Shown: positions 54,995-63,313 of the stretch, piece by piece | Position numbering within the stretch: the stretch's first letter is position 1 | Layout: every line of letters starts with the position of its first letter | Assembly: GCA_965198105.1 (NCBI GenBank) | Contig: OZ240240.1 | Coordinates: 797,221-861,220, forward strand | Direction: 5' to 3' | Origin: Dehalococcoidia bacterium | Lineage (GTDB): Bacteria; Chloroflexota; Dehalococcoidia; Lucifugimonadales; CBDBON01 | Length of the DNA stretch: 64,000 nt | Notes under the pieces: model-generated | The model's database searches: none | What the model saw: only the letters and a program-made list of their open reading frames with translations | What the model was told of the DNA's origin: nothing | Program-made: the position numbers and the translations under genes

Positions 54995-56755
54995 CTAGAC
55001 GGCGCACTCGCCCTCGCCGCGTTCCATCTTGTACTTGATCGTCTTGTCCCAGTCCATGTAGGACCCGATCGTCTCGCGGTTCAGCTCCGGCGTCTCCTTG
55101 AACTCCGCCAGCAGGGGCTCGAAGGCCGCGGCCCCGATACGGGCGGCAAAGTCCTTGAACTGCTCGGAGCCGTTGCGCTCCTGGCGGTAGAAGGCGAGCA
55201 CCTTGCGGAGCGCGTCGGGAACGCGTTTCGCGGGCACCTTCGTCTTCACGCGCAGTCCCAGCCGGGAGTCGGCGTCCTCGTAGCTCCCTCCCAGGAAGAG
55301 CTCGTAGGCCGGGACCTGGCCTCCCGGAGCCTTAGCCGCCGCGCCGTGGAAGCCGATGTCCGCGATATGGTGCTGGCCGCACCCGTTCGGGCATCCGCTC
55401 ATCTTCACGTGCATCCGCCTGATGAGCGGGTCTTCGATCTTCATGTCCAGCAGCGTCCCTCCGACAGCCCTGCCGAGACCCATCGACGAAGTGATGCCAA
55501 GCTTGCAGCTGTCGGTGCCGGGGCAGGCCACCACGTCCGTTATCTCGTGAGCTCCCGACTCGCCGAGCCCGATCCGGTTCAGTTCCTCCCACACCTCGTA
55601 TAGCGCCCTCTCGGGCACCCAGCGGAAAGCCAGATTCTGCTGGTGCGTGATCCTAGCCCGTCCGCCCGCGTAGCGACGCGCCATGTCGGCGAGGTCGTGG
55701 AACTGGTCGGCCTGGATGTCGCCCAGGGGTAGCTTCACGGTGACCGTTCGGTAGCCGTCCTGCTTCTGCGTCTCGACGTTCGTCTCCACCCAGCGCTCGA
55801 ACTCCGGTCCGCCGCCGTTCGTCCCGTAGCCGGCCTGCAGTGGCGGCGCGTCCGCGGCTTCGTCGTCTATGAAGAGGAGCGAGGTCGGATCGAACGACTT
55901 TTGCGCCCACGGCTGCGCGAGCTCCTCTTCGACCATGCCTCGGAACTCGTCGATCCCCACTCGGGCGATCAGGAACTTGATCCTGGCCTTCATCCGGTTC
56001 TTGCGCAGCTCGTTCGACTGGTGGAAGACCCTTATCACCGCCTCGGTGATCTTCAGGTACTCCTCCACCGGCACGAACTCGTACAGGGTCGGTGCTATCC
56101 GGGCCATGATCGAGGTCCCGCCCCCCGTGAGTACCTTGAATCCTCTCTGTCCGTTCTCCACCCGGGGGATGAAGCCCATGTCGTGGATCGACGTGATCGC
56201 GCAGTCGCGCTCGCAGCCTGAGAAGGCCGTCTTGAACTTGCGGGGCAGCGCCTGGGTGAAGGGGTGCCTCACGAAGTAGCGGGAGTAGGCCGCAGCGTAG
56301 GGCGTCACGTCGAACGGCTCATCGGCGCAGACCCCGGCCATGGCGCAGCCGGTGACGTTGCGGACAGTGTTGCCGCACGCCTCCCGCGTGCTCAGTCCGA
56401 CGTCGCCCAGCAGGCGCATGATCGCGGGAGTATCCGCGAGCGGAATGTGGTGGTACTGGAAGTTCTCGCGCGTGGTGACGTGCCCCTTGTTCAGCGGGGC
56501 GTAGACCCCGGCGAACTCGCCCAGCGCGTCGAGCTGCTCCGCGGTGAGGCCGCCAAAGGGCACCTTCACGCGCACCATCTGGGACTCGGGCTGCCTCTGC
56601 CCGTATATGCCCTGCCGCAGCCTGAACGCCATGAAGTCGTTCGAGTCCCACTCCCCGGCCTGGAAGCGCTTCACCTGCGCATCGAAGTCGTCGATCTCCT
56701 CGGGCAGGATGTCTATGACGCCCTTGGTGAATGCTCTGTCCTCTGTAGTCGTCAT
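54995..56755 (-). CDS. Ferredoxin-dependent sulfite/nitrite reductase (siroheme-[4Fe-4S] hemoprotein)
   Basis: 586 aa from MTTTEDRAF (AGGAG RBS). Cys cluster ACPGTDSCKLG ... SGCPNGCGQH. The track start at 56935 overlaps the promoter -10. Confidence 0.85.
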   Translation of the reverse strand: MTTTEDRAFTKGVIDILPEEIDDFDAQVKRFQAGEWDSNDFMAFRLRQGIYGQRQPESQMVRVKVPFGGLTAEQLDALGEFAGVYAPLNKGHVTTRENFQYHHIPLADTPAIMRLLGDVGLSTREACGNTVRNVTGCAMAGVCADEPFDVTPYAAAYSRYFVRHPFTQALPRKFKTAFSGCERDCAITSIHDMGFIPRVENGQRGFKVLTGGGTSIMARIAPTLYEFVPVEEYLKITEAVIRVFHQSNELRKNRMKARIKFLIARVGIDEFRGMVEEELAQPWAQKSFDPTSLLFIDDEAADAPPLQAGYGTNGGGPEFERWVETNVETQKQDGYRTVTVKLPLGDIQADQFHDLADMARRYAGGRARITHQQNLAFRWVPERALYEVWEELNRIGLGESGAHEITDVVACPGTDSCKLGITSSMGLGRAVGGTLLDMKIEDPLIRRMHVKMSGCPNGCGQHHIADIGFHGAAAKAPGGQVPAYELFLGGSYEDADSRLGLRVKTKVPAKRVPDALRKVLAFYRQERNGSEQFKDFAARIGAAAFEPLLAEFKETPELNRETIGSYMDWDKTIKYKMERGEGECAV

Positions 56756-56793
56756 CCCGCTCTCCTTTGTCCCTGTCAGCCGTTCGGGCCGAC

Positions 56794-56824
56794 AAAAAGA
56801 CCCCGCTCGATTTCGAACAGGGTC
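56794..56824 (-). terminator. Intrinsic-terminator-like hairpin inside the sulfite reductase 5' leader (attenuator candidate)
   Basis: Minus strand reads GACCCTGTTCG-AAAT-CGAGCGGGGTC: an 11-bp stem including 2 G-U pairs, followed by TTTTT, about 40 nt upstream of the ATG. Confidence 0.5.
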
Positions 56825-56924
56825 CGGCGGTGCTGTTGAAGCCGATACGCCAGTCCCTACGGGCTGTTCATACAAGCGCAAGTCGAAGGGTGCATCGGCG
56901 TTATCATAGTCGCTATCCGCTGAT

Positions 56925-56953
56925 ATTATGCACACGTCCAGCTACCATTTCAA
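56925..56953 (-). promoter_or_regulatory. Sigma70-type promoter for the sulfite reductase leader
   Basis: Minus strand reads TTGAAA-N17-CATAAT. Implies a leader of about 160 nt. Confidence 0.45.
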
Positions 56954-56964
56954 GCGAGTGTGAA

Positions 56965-56993
56965 TTGACAGCCCTCGGAGCCGTCCCTACAAT
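56965..56993 (+). promoter_or_regulatory. Sigma70-type promoter for the DUF59-Mrp genes
   Basis: TTGACA (56965-56970), N17 spacer, TACAAT (56988-56993). Lies back-to-back with the divergent promoter. Confidence 0.55.
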
Positions 56994-57034
56994 GGATTCT
57001 GCCGGCCCCCATATGCGGTCGAGAGGAGCAGCCG

Positions 57035-57352
57035 ATGGCCGAGACAAGTACGATAGTCACACGGGACGAGGTGATTGAGGCGCTCAAGGACGTCTACGAC
57101 CCGGAGATACCGGTAAACGTCGTCGACCTCGGCCTCATATACGATGTCGCCGTCGAGGACAACGACGTGGAGGTCAAGATGACCCTCACCTTCGCCGGCT
57201 GCGGCATGGGCCCCTACATCGCACAGCAGGCTGAGTGGCGGATCGCCGAGCTGGAGACCGTCGAGGACGTCAACGTCGAGATGGTCTACGACCCACCCTG
57301 GACTCCCGATATGATCACGGAGGACGGGAAGAAGCAGCTCGGTCTGGACTGA
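57035..57352 (+). CDS. DUF59 (SufT/PaaD-like) Fe-S assembly protein
   Basis: 105 aa. VIEALKDVYDPEIPVNVVDLGLIYDV and TLTFAGCGMG. Confidence 0.85.
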   Translation: MAETSTIVTRDEVIEALKDVYDPEIPVNVVDLGLIYDVAVEDNDVEVKMTLTFAGCGMGPYIAQQAEWRIAELETVEDVNVEMVYDPPWTPDMITEDGKKQLGLD

Positions 57353-57406
57353 GACGCGGCTTTCCTCTGGATCTATTCTCATGGCCATGAGTAGGCGTAC
57401 GAGACG

Positions 57407-57664
57407 ATGACGACGGAGACGCTGGAGCAGAGGGTCGGCCATCTCGAGGCGGCCAATGTCCACGTTGCCACCAAGTCGGACTTGGCCGATTTGAGGGCCG
57501 AGATGGCCGAATTGAGGGCCGAGTTGAAGACCGAGATGGCCCAGTTGAGGGCTGAGATGGCAAACCTCGAGAGTCGGCTCGTCCGCTGGTTCGTGGGCGC
57601 GACGTTGGGCGGAATGGCCACCGCGTCCACACTTACCCTGGCGTTGACAAGGCTCCTCGGCTGA
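57407..57664 (+). CDS. Coiled-coil protein with a C-terminal TM anchor (DUF1640-like)
   Basis: 85 aa. Heptad-like LRAEMAELRAELKTEMAQLRAEMANLESRL, then WFVGATLGGMATASTLTLAL. Confidence 0.55.
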   Translation: MTTETLEQRVGHLEAANVHVATKSDLADLRAEMAELRAELKTEMAQLRAEMANLESRLVRWFVGATLGGMATASTLTLALTRLLG

Positions 57665-57684
57665 GCCGACGACTGGCTACCGCC

Positions 57685-58503
57685 TTGACCAGCCGTCCAC
57701 AGCCAAACCCGGCTCAGGCCGCCCAGGCCCGACACCGCCTCGAGGCGATGAAGCGCCAGTTCGAGCAGAAGCGCCTTATCGCCGAGTCCTTCTCCTCCGT
57801 TGGGCACAAGATCGGCGTCTACAGCGGCAAGGGCGGCGTGGGCAAGACGACGGTCGCGGTCAATCTGGCCGCGACGCTGGCGTACGACGGTGCGCGCGTG
57901 GGCATCCTGGACGCGGACATAGACTGCCCCAATGTCGTCCGCGCGATGAAGATCGCCGAGCCGCCCGTGATCGGACCGGACCAGAAGATGATTCCTGCGG
58001 AGCGCTTCAAGGTCAAGGTCATGTCCATGGGCTTCTTCCAGCAGAACGAGGACGAGGCGATCATCTGGCGCGGCCCGATGATCCACAACGCGATCAACCA
58101 GTTCCTCCAGTCGACGAGCTGGGGAGAGCTGGACTTCCTGCTCATCGACCTCCCGCCGGGAACGTCAGATGCTCCGCTGTCGATAATGCAGGCCCTGGAC
58201 ATGGACGGCTTCATCGTCGTGACCACCCCGCAGGAGCTGGCCACGGTGGACGCCAGGCGCTCGATCAACATGATCAGGAAGCTCAACGTCAATGTGCTCG
58301 GGGTGGTGGAGAACTTCTCGGGCGAGATATTCGGCTCGGGCGCTGGCGAGGACCTGGCCAGGTCGATGGGGCTGCGGTTCCTCGGGAGGCTGGAGCTGAG
58401 GGCCGACTACCGCGACACCTCCCGTCCGACGGTGCTGACCAGTAAGACGGTGCTGGAAGAGTACCGTCTTATCGTCTCGGAGGCTGCCGACGCTCTGCAA
58501 TAG
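57685..58503 (+). CDS. mrp: Mrp/NBP35 (ApbC) family Fe-S cluster carrier ATPase
   Basis: Deviant Walker A SGKGGVGKTTVAVNLA, and DLPPGTSD. TTG start per the track. The ATG at 57748 is an alternative. Confidence 0.85.
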   Translation: MTSRPQPNPAQAAQARHRLEAMKRQFEQKRLIAESFSSVGHKIGVYSGKGGVGKTTVAVNLAATLAYDGARVGILDADIDCPNVVRAMKIAEPPVIGPDQKMIPAERFKVKVMSMGFFQQNEDEAIIWRGPMIHNAINQFLQSTSWGELDFLLIDLPPGTSDAPLSIMQALDMDGFIVVTTPQELATVDARRSINMIRKLNVNVLGVVENFSGEIFGSGAGEDLARSMGLRFLGRLELRADYRDTSRPTVLTSKTVLEEYRLIVSEAADALQ

Positions 58504-58551
58504 CCGCCGAGCGCGGGCTGGCTATCCCGCGCGTTCCGCCCTCCAGGCGGA

Positions 58552-60249
58552 CTACCCCTTCGGAATGATCGGCAGGAGGATGTGGGAGGGGTGCTCCCGG
58601 TCGTGGAGGACGGTCTGGTGCGCCACCCTGATCTCGGAGTCCTCGCCCGCGTCGTTGCCGGTGTTCAGGTTGCGGTCGAACCTCGGATAGTTGCTGCTGC
58701 TGATGTCGACTCGGATCCTGTGCCCCTTCCGGAACAGGTTGCTCGTCACCCACAGGTCGATCGTAAACTCGTAGACCTTCCCCGGCTCCAGCAGCTTCTG
58801 GTACTCCCGCGACTCGTGGTAGCGGGCCCGGAGGATGCCGTCGCAGAGGTTCACGGCGTAGCCGTCGGGGTGCACGTCGATCAGCTTCGCCGTGAAGTCG
58901 GTGTCGCGTCCATCCGTGCTCGCGTATAGCTTGACGATGACCGGTCCGGTCACCTCCACATCCTCCTCCAGCGGCGCGGAGGTGTAGACGAGCACGTCGG
59001 TCCGGGACTCAATGGGGCGCTGATCGTACGCGCCCCAGGGAACCAACTCCGGTGTGCAGCAGGTGTTCCCGCCACGAGTCGGGACAGGGAACGCCGGGTT
59101 GTAGACGTAGTGGTCGGGCGTCTCCTCTGCCGGCGCCTCGGTCGACAGCTCTCCGTCGCCGAACAGCGAGTTCGCCTCGCCCCGGCTGTGGAAGTAGTAC
59201 GGCGTGAGCTCCGTTCGGGCGAGAGGCCACTCCCGCTCGTCGCGCCACTCGTTGGCGCCCATCACGAAGATGCGCAGGGGCGGATCGTCCGCCGCTCCGT
59301 TGTCGATCCCCTTCAGCCAGTGGTCGAACCACCTGAGCTCGACCTCCTGAAGATCGAGCATCGACTCCCTGCCGAAGTCGACCTCGCCCGCGTGCGTGAG
59401 CGAGCTGGCGCTGTGTATCCACGGTCCCACCACCGCGCGCTGGTTCGCGCGGGCTGTTTTCGTTCCGCCGCGCGCTCTCATCCCGACGAAGTTGTGGAAG
59501 GTGCCAGCGGCGCAGATGTCGTACCATCCCCCGATCTGGAGTACAGGTATCCGGACGTCCTCGTACCGCTCCTCCACGGCCAGCGCCTTCCAGTAGTCGT
59601 CGTAGTCGGCGTGCTCCACCCAGTCCTGGTAGAAGTCGACGCGCTTGCCCGCTCGTCTGTCCAGGTCGTTCACCGGCAGGGTGGAGAAGAGCTGCTCCCA
59701 GTTGTAGACCATGATGTCCTGCCTGGTGCGGCCGTCGTGGCGCAAGGCCCACATGGCGGCGATCGACAGGTGCAGCGCGCCGCCGATGTATCGGTTGGCC
59801 TCGTGCATGTTGTGTCCGATGACCCTGGGCACGATCGTCTTGAGGTACTTGCTGCCCATCACGGCGGCCTGCCACTGGACGTTGCCGACGTACGACGCGC
59901 CCACCATCCCGACGTTGCCGTCGCACCAGGGCTGGGCGCCGATCCATTCGACCGTGTCGTGGCCGTCCTCAAACTCGTTGGCGAAGGCGTAGAAGTCGCC
60001 CTCCGAGTCGTTCTTGCCGCGGACGTCCTGAGCGACGAAGACGTAGCCGTGCTGTGGGTAGAACACGGCGCTCTCGATGCTCTCCTCGGTCGTGTTGTTA
60101 TACGGCGTCCGCCCGAGGATGACCGGGAACGGCCCCTTCGCGCCGCGGGGGAAGTAGATGTCGGCCGACAGGTTGACGCCGTCCCGCATCGGGACCTTGA
60201 CGTTGTACCTGGCCTCCATATCGGCGCTCAAAAAGACACTTACAGGCAT
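58552..60249 (-). CDS. CocE/NonD family hydrolase (X-Pro dipeptidyl-peptidase S15 fold)
   Basis: 565 aa. RTPYNN, nucleophile elbow GASYVG, and a C-terminal PepX_C-like beta domain. Confidence 0.8.
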   Translation of the reverse strand: MPVSVFLSADMEARYNVKVPMRDGVNLSADIYFPRGAKGPFPVILGRTPYNNTTEESIESAVFYPQHGYVFVAQDVRGKNDSEGDFYAFANEFEDGHDTVEWIGAQPWCDGNVGMVGASYVGNVQWQAAVMGSKYLKTIVPRVIGHNMHEANRYIGGALHLSIAAMWALRHDGRTRQDIMVYNWEQLFSTLPVNDLDRRAGKRVDFYQDWVEHADYDDYWKALAVEERYEDVRIPVLQIGGWYDICAAGTFHNFVGMRARGGTKTARANQRAVVGPWIHSASSLTHAGEVDFGRESMLDLQEVELRWFDHWLKGIDNGAADDPPLRIFVMGANEWRDEREWPLARTELTPYYFHSRGEANSLFGDGELSTEAPAEETPDHYVYNPAFPVPTRGGNTCCTPELVPWGAYDQRPIESRTDVLVYTSAPLEEDVEVTGPVIVKLYASTDGRDTDFTAKLIDVHPDGYAVNLCDGILRARYHESREYQKLLEPGKVYEFTIDLWVTSNLFRKGHRIRVDISSSNYPRFDRNLNTGNDAGEDSEIRVAHQTVLHDREHPSHILLPIIPKG

Positions 60250-60288
60250 GGCAAACTCCTACGGCGAAAGGCTGTGGACACGGCGGCG

Positions 60289-60297
60289 ATTATATCA
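60289..60297 (-). promoter_or_regulatory. Extended -10 promoter element for the CocE/NonD gene
   Basis: Minus strand reads TGATATAAT(CG), about 40 nt upstream of the ATG, which has a TAGGAG RBS. The 11-mer is the same as at the tig promoter. Confidence 0.4.
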
Positions 60298-60520
60298 GAC
60301 CCAGCCTGATCTCTTGTCCCCGCGGCCCCCATCCCCGCGCCTTCCCAGTAACACATGAACTCTGAACAGACTCTGGCCTTCGCCGGAGTGACGAGTGGTC
60401 TCTCCCCTCTGAATGACGAGCAGCCCGTCTCTTCATTTTAGGAACTCGCCTTAGGCCCGTTCGGGGTGAGCTTGTCGAACCACATCCGGTCCGGCGGCGG
60501 GGAACCAACGAACCGCGACG

Positions 60521-61543
60521 TCAACTCGCGCGCTGGTAGATCTGGAGGCGGTGGCGTGCGCTCTCGGTGACGTACATCCGGCCCCGGGCGTCGAGATTGA
60601 CCGACACGGGACTCCAGAAGTAGGGCTCCGTCTGCGACGAGACGTCGTGGGGCGTCGTCAGGTGGGGAGGCAGCTCGGGGAAGAGGTTGGACTCGGCTCT
60701 CGGCCCGGACTCGTCCGGGTTCACCGACAGGAACTCATCCGCCCACTTGGAGAGGGTCGCCTGTCCCCTCAGCAGCGCCAGCAGCGCGCCGTCCGGATCG
60801 AAGACCTGGACGCGCTCGTTGCCCCAGTCGGCGACGTAGATGTTCCCGTCGGAGTCCACCGCGACCGAGGACGGCCTGCTGAGTTGGCCCTCGCCTTCTC
60901 CCGACTCGCCGTAGCTAGCCACGAGCTGGCCGTCCGGCATGAACCTCTGTACCCGGTCGTTGCGCCAGTCGGCGACGTAGACCTGACCCTTGGAGTCGAC
61001 CGTGAGCCCCCAGGGCATGTTGAACTGGCCCTCGCCATCACCGGGGCCGCCCCATGCGAGCAGGAAGCGGCCGTCCGACGTGAACTTCTGCACCCGGTGG
61101 TTGTGCTGGTCGGCTATGTAGACGTTGTCCTCCGCGTCGAAGGCGATGCCGGCGGGGCCGTTCAGCCGTCCCGGGTCTGCGCCGTGCTCGCCCCAGCAGT
61201 CCAGGATGGCGCCCGACGTATCGTACACCGTTATCCTGTGGTTCACCTCGTCCGTGACATGGAGCCGCTCCCGGCTGTCGAAGGCCATGGCGACGGGAAG
61301 CCGCATCTGTCCCTCTCCGTTGCCGTAGCCGTACCCGAAATCCCCCAGGTACTCCTCGTCGAGATCGACGATGCCGACGCGGACGGCGGACTTGCGCGGG
61401 GGGTCGCACCGGTTCAGCACGAAGATGCGCCCGTCCCTGCTGATGGCCGAGTCGTACGGGCTGGTGAAGCCGCGGCCGCCCAGGCCGTTGTTGACGATGC
61501 CTATCGTCTTTACGTATTCGAGGCCGAAGGGTTCGGTGCTCAA
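60521..61543 (-). CDS. NHL repeat-containing protein
   Basis: 340 aa. Repeated P.G(I/L)..D..G..Y(V/I)AD..N.RVQ.F units. Paralog of 32789-33796. Confidence 0.8.
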   Translation of the reverse strand: MSTEPFGLEYVKTIGIVNNGLGGRGFTSPYDSAISRDGRIFVLNRCDPPRKSAVRVGIVDLDEEYLGDFGYGYGNGEGQMRLPVAMAFDSRERLHVTDEVNHRITVYDTSGAILDCWGEHGADPGRLNGPAGIAFDAEDNVYIADQHNHRVQKFTSDGRFLLAWGGPGDGEGQFNMPWGLTVDSKGQVYVADWRNDRVQRFMPDGQLVASYGESGEGEGQLSRPSSVAVDSDGNIYVADWGNERVQVFDPDGALLALLRGQATLSKWADEFLSVNPDESGPRAESNLFPELPPHLTTPHDVSSQTEPYFWSPVSVNLDARGRMYVTESARHRLQIYQRAS

Positions 61544-61567
61544 GGCTGCTCTATCCTTTTCGGCAGA

Positions 61568-61720
61568 TCACTTGCGGCTCTTCCAACGATCGAAGATCAG
61601 CGACACTCCGAACGCGATCAGAAGCACGGGCCAGAAGCGGCTGAACCCTCCCTCGATGACATCCAGGCGCTCGAGGAGGAGGATGACGCCGATGGCGGTT
61701 ACGGTCAGCCCGAGGAACAT
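61568..61720 (-). CDS. Small two-TM membrane protein (50 aa), not in the ORF track
   Basis: My translation: MFLGLTVTAIGVILLLERLDVIEGGFSRFWPVLLIAFGVSLIFDRWKSRK. Two hydrophobic helices and a basic tail. It fills the gap between the DUF1800 and NHL genes. Confidence 0.5.
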   Translation of the reverse strand: MFLGLTVTAIGVILLLERLDVIEGGFSRFWPVLLIAFGVSLIFDRWKSRK

Positions 61721-61762
61721 GGAGCGCTCCTAGCTCGCTGCCGGCTGCGAGGCCGTGCGCGG

Positions 61763-63178
61763 CTAGGCCCTCTGGTACTCCCGCGTCGAGGCGACGAGCC
61801 TGAGCATGTCGCCCACCCGCCGCTCGGAGCGGTCGCCGGCCCGGCGTCCGATGAGGGTCAGGTCTCCCTCCCGTCCGGCGAACTCGACCAGGGAGGCGCG
61901 AGTGTCGGCCTCGACCGCTATGGGCCCCACGAGGTCCAGGCACCGGTCGACCAGCTCGCCGGGAGTGATCGAGCTGCCGTTCTCCGCGGCGAGCCTCTCG
62001 ATGATCGCCTGGACGCCGGGGCTGTCGATATTGCTCAGCTCCTTCGCCGCGAAGTTGACCCGCTCCACGAGTGCGCCGCTGTCGACCCACTCGTCGCCCT
62101 CGTGCCAGCCCTCGACCGTCGGCGGCTGAAGCAGCCCCTGCCCCATGAAGAAGGCCTGCTGGGCAAGCTGAAACACCTCTTCAGTCGGTGTCCTATAGCT
62201 GCCGGCCGTACGGACTGCTCCGACGATCAGCTCGACGGGGCCCTTCATCCGGGCGAAGCGCGCCCTGTCCGACTTGAAGTAGTCGGAGTTGAACAGGGTC
62301 CTCAGAACGGAGCGTATCTCGTGGCTCGACTCGAAGTAGGAGTCGATCATCGTCTGGATGACCGCCTCGCCCTCCTCGTCGATCTCGTCCGAGGCGAAGT
62401 ACTGGAACAGGCGGGTGCAGACGAACCGCGCCGTCGCCTCCTGCCGTTCGATGATGTCGATGATGTCCTCGCCGTTGAAGCGGCCCGTCTCGCCCAGGAA
62501 GGTCTTCTCTCCGTCGTCGTGGTCGTGGTCGCGGTAGCCGAAGTGCCAGGCGATACGGCTGTACGGCCAGATCGAGTCCTTCATGGCGCGTACGGACATG
62601 TACTCGGCGTTGCCGAGAGTCCAGCCGGTGAAGGCCCGCGCCGCCTCCTTGATGTCCTCCTCCGAGTAGTTGCCGATCCCCATCGAGAAGAGCTCGAGGA
62701 GCTCTCTTCCGTAGTTCTCGTTGATGGCGCCCTTGTGGTTGTCGTTGTTGTCCAGCCAGATGATCATCGCTGGGTCTTTCGACAGCTCGACGAGGATGTT
62801 CCCGAAGTTGCCCAGCCCGTGGCGCCGGAAGGCGTCGATCTGGTTGAGCAGCGAGCGCGCCTGGTTCAGCTTTGCATACCCGGTGGCGAAGAGGCCGTGC
62901 CAGAAGAGCGCGATCTTCTCCTCCAGCGGACACTTCGTGCTGACCATCCGGTAGAGCCAGTATGCGGCAGACCCGTACAGGTCCCGCATCTCCCCCTGGT
63001 CCGGGTGGTAGCGCCGGATTATGTCGTCCGGCATGTTCTGAGGGTCGCCCGGATGGAGGAGCTCTTCGACCGTCGCCTCGTACCCCTTGGCCGCGTACTC
63101 CTCCAGCTCGTCCCTGGTGGCGCCGAACCCCGCCCTGCGCAGCAGGTGGGCTATCAGCGCGATGTCTCGACTAGCCAT
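61763..63178 (-). CDS. DUF1800 domain-containing protein
   Basis: 471 aa. IAHLLRRAGFGATRDELE, LFWHGLFATG and ELLELFSMGIGNYSEEDI. Paralog of 31378-32760. Confidence 0.8.
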   Translation of the reverse strand: MASRDIALIAHLLRRAGFGATRDELEEYAAKGYEATVEELLHPGDPQNMPDDIIRRYHPDQGEMRDLYGSAAYWLYRMVSTKCPLEEKIALFWHGLFATGYAKLNQARSLLNQIDAFRRHGLGNFGNILVELSKDPAMIIWLDNNDNHKGAINENYGRELLELFSMGIGNYSEEDIKEAARAFTGWTLGNAEYMSVRAMKDSIWPYSRIAWHFGYRDHDHDDGEKTFLGETGRFNGEDIIDIIERQEATARFVCTRLFQYFASDEIDEEGEAVIQTMIDSYFESSHEIRSVLRTLFNSDYFKSDRARFARMKGPVELIVGAVRTAGSYRTPTEEVFQLAQQAFFMGQGLLQPPTVEGWHEGDEWVDSGALVERVNFAAKELSNIDSPGVQAIIERLAAENGSSITPGELVDRCLDLVGPIAVEADTRASLVEFAGREGDLTLIGRRAGDRSERRVGDMLRLVASTREYQRA

Positions 63179-63192
63179 GCGACCTCCTTATT

Positions 63193-63310
63193 CCCCTCAT
63201 CCCAACCTTCTCCCGCGAGGGGAGAAGGGGTAAAGGCCTGCTCATCCCTGACCCTGTTCGGGAAGATCCCGCCTCCTCTCCCTCGACGGGAGAGGATTGA
63301 GGTGAGGGTG
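63193..63310 (-). repeat. Composite two-hairpin element (module C plus inverted module B), inverted copy of 50307-50414
   Basis: CCCCTCATCCCAACCTTCTCCC-GCGA-GGGGAGAAGGGG ... CCTCCTCTCCC-TCGAC-GGGAGAGGATTGAGGTGAGGGTG. Confidence 0.8.
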
Positions 63311-63313
63311 GCT

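Noticed and set aside
56830-56870. SAM-I (S-box) riboswitch in the sulfite reductase leader
   Set aside because: Only the short GGGACUGGC stretch resembles the SAM-I core. The expected P1/P2/P3/P4 four-way junction and the conserved GCAACC/GUGC elements are not present. It is reported only as an unclassified attenuator candidate.
57378-57391. Perfect 14-bp palindrome CTCATGGCCATGAG between the DUF59 and coiled-coil genes
   Set aside because: It is short, isolated and has no T tract. It could be a weak hairpin or protein site, but nothing distinguishes it from chance in this context.
60326-60350. Possible degenerate family-A element (GGCCCCCATCCCCGCGCCTTCCC) upstream of the CocE/NonD gene
   Set aside because: Only the CCCCCATC start and a C-rich run match. 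No complementary arm is present, so it is too decayed to call.
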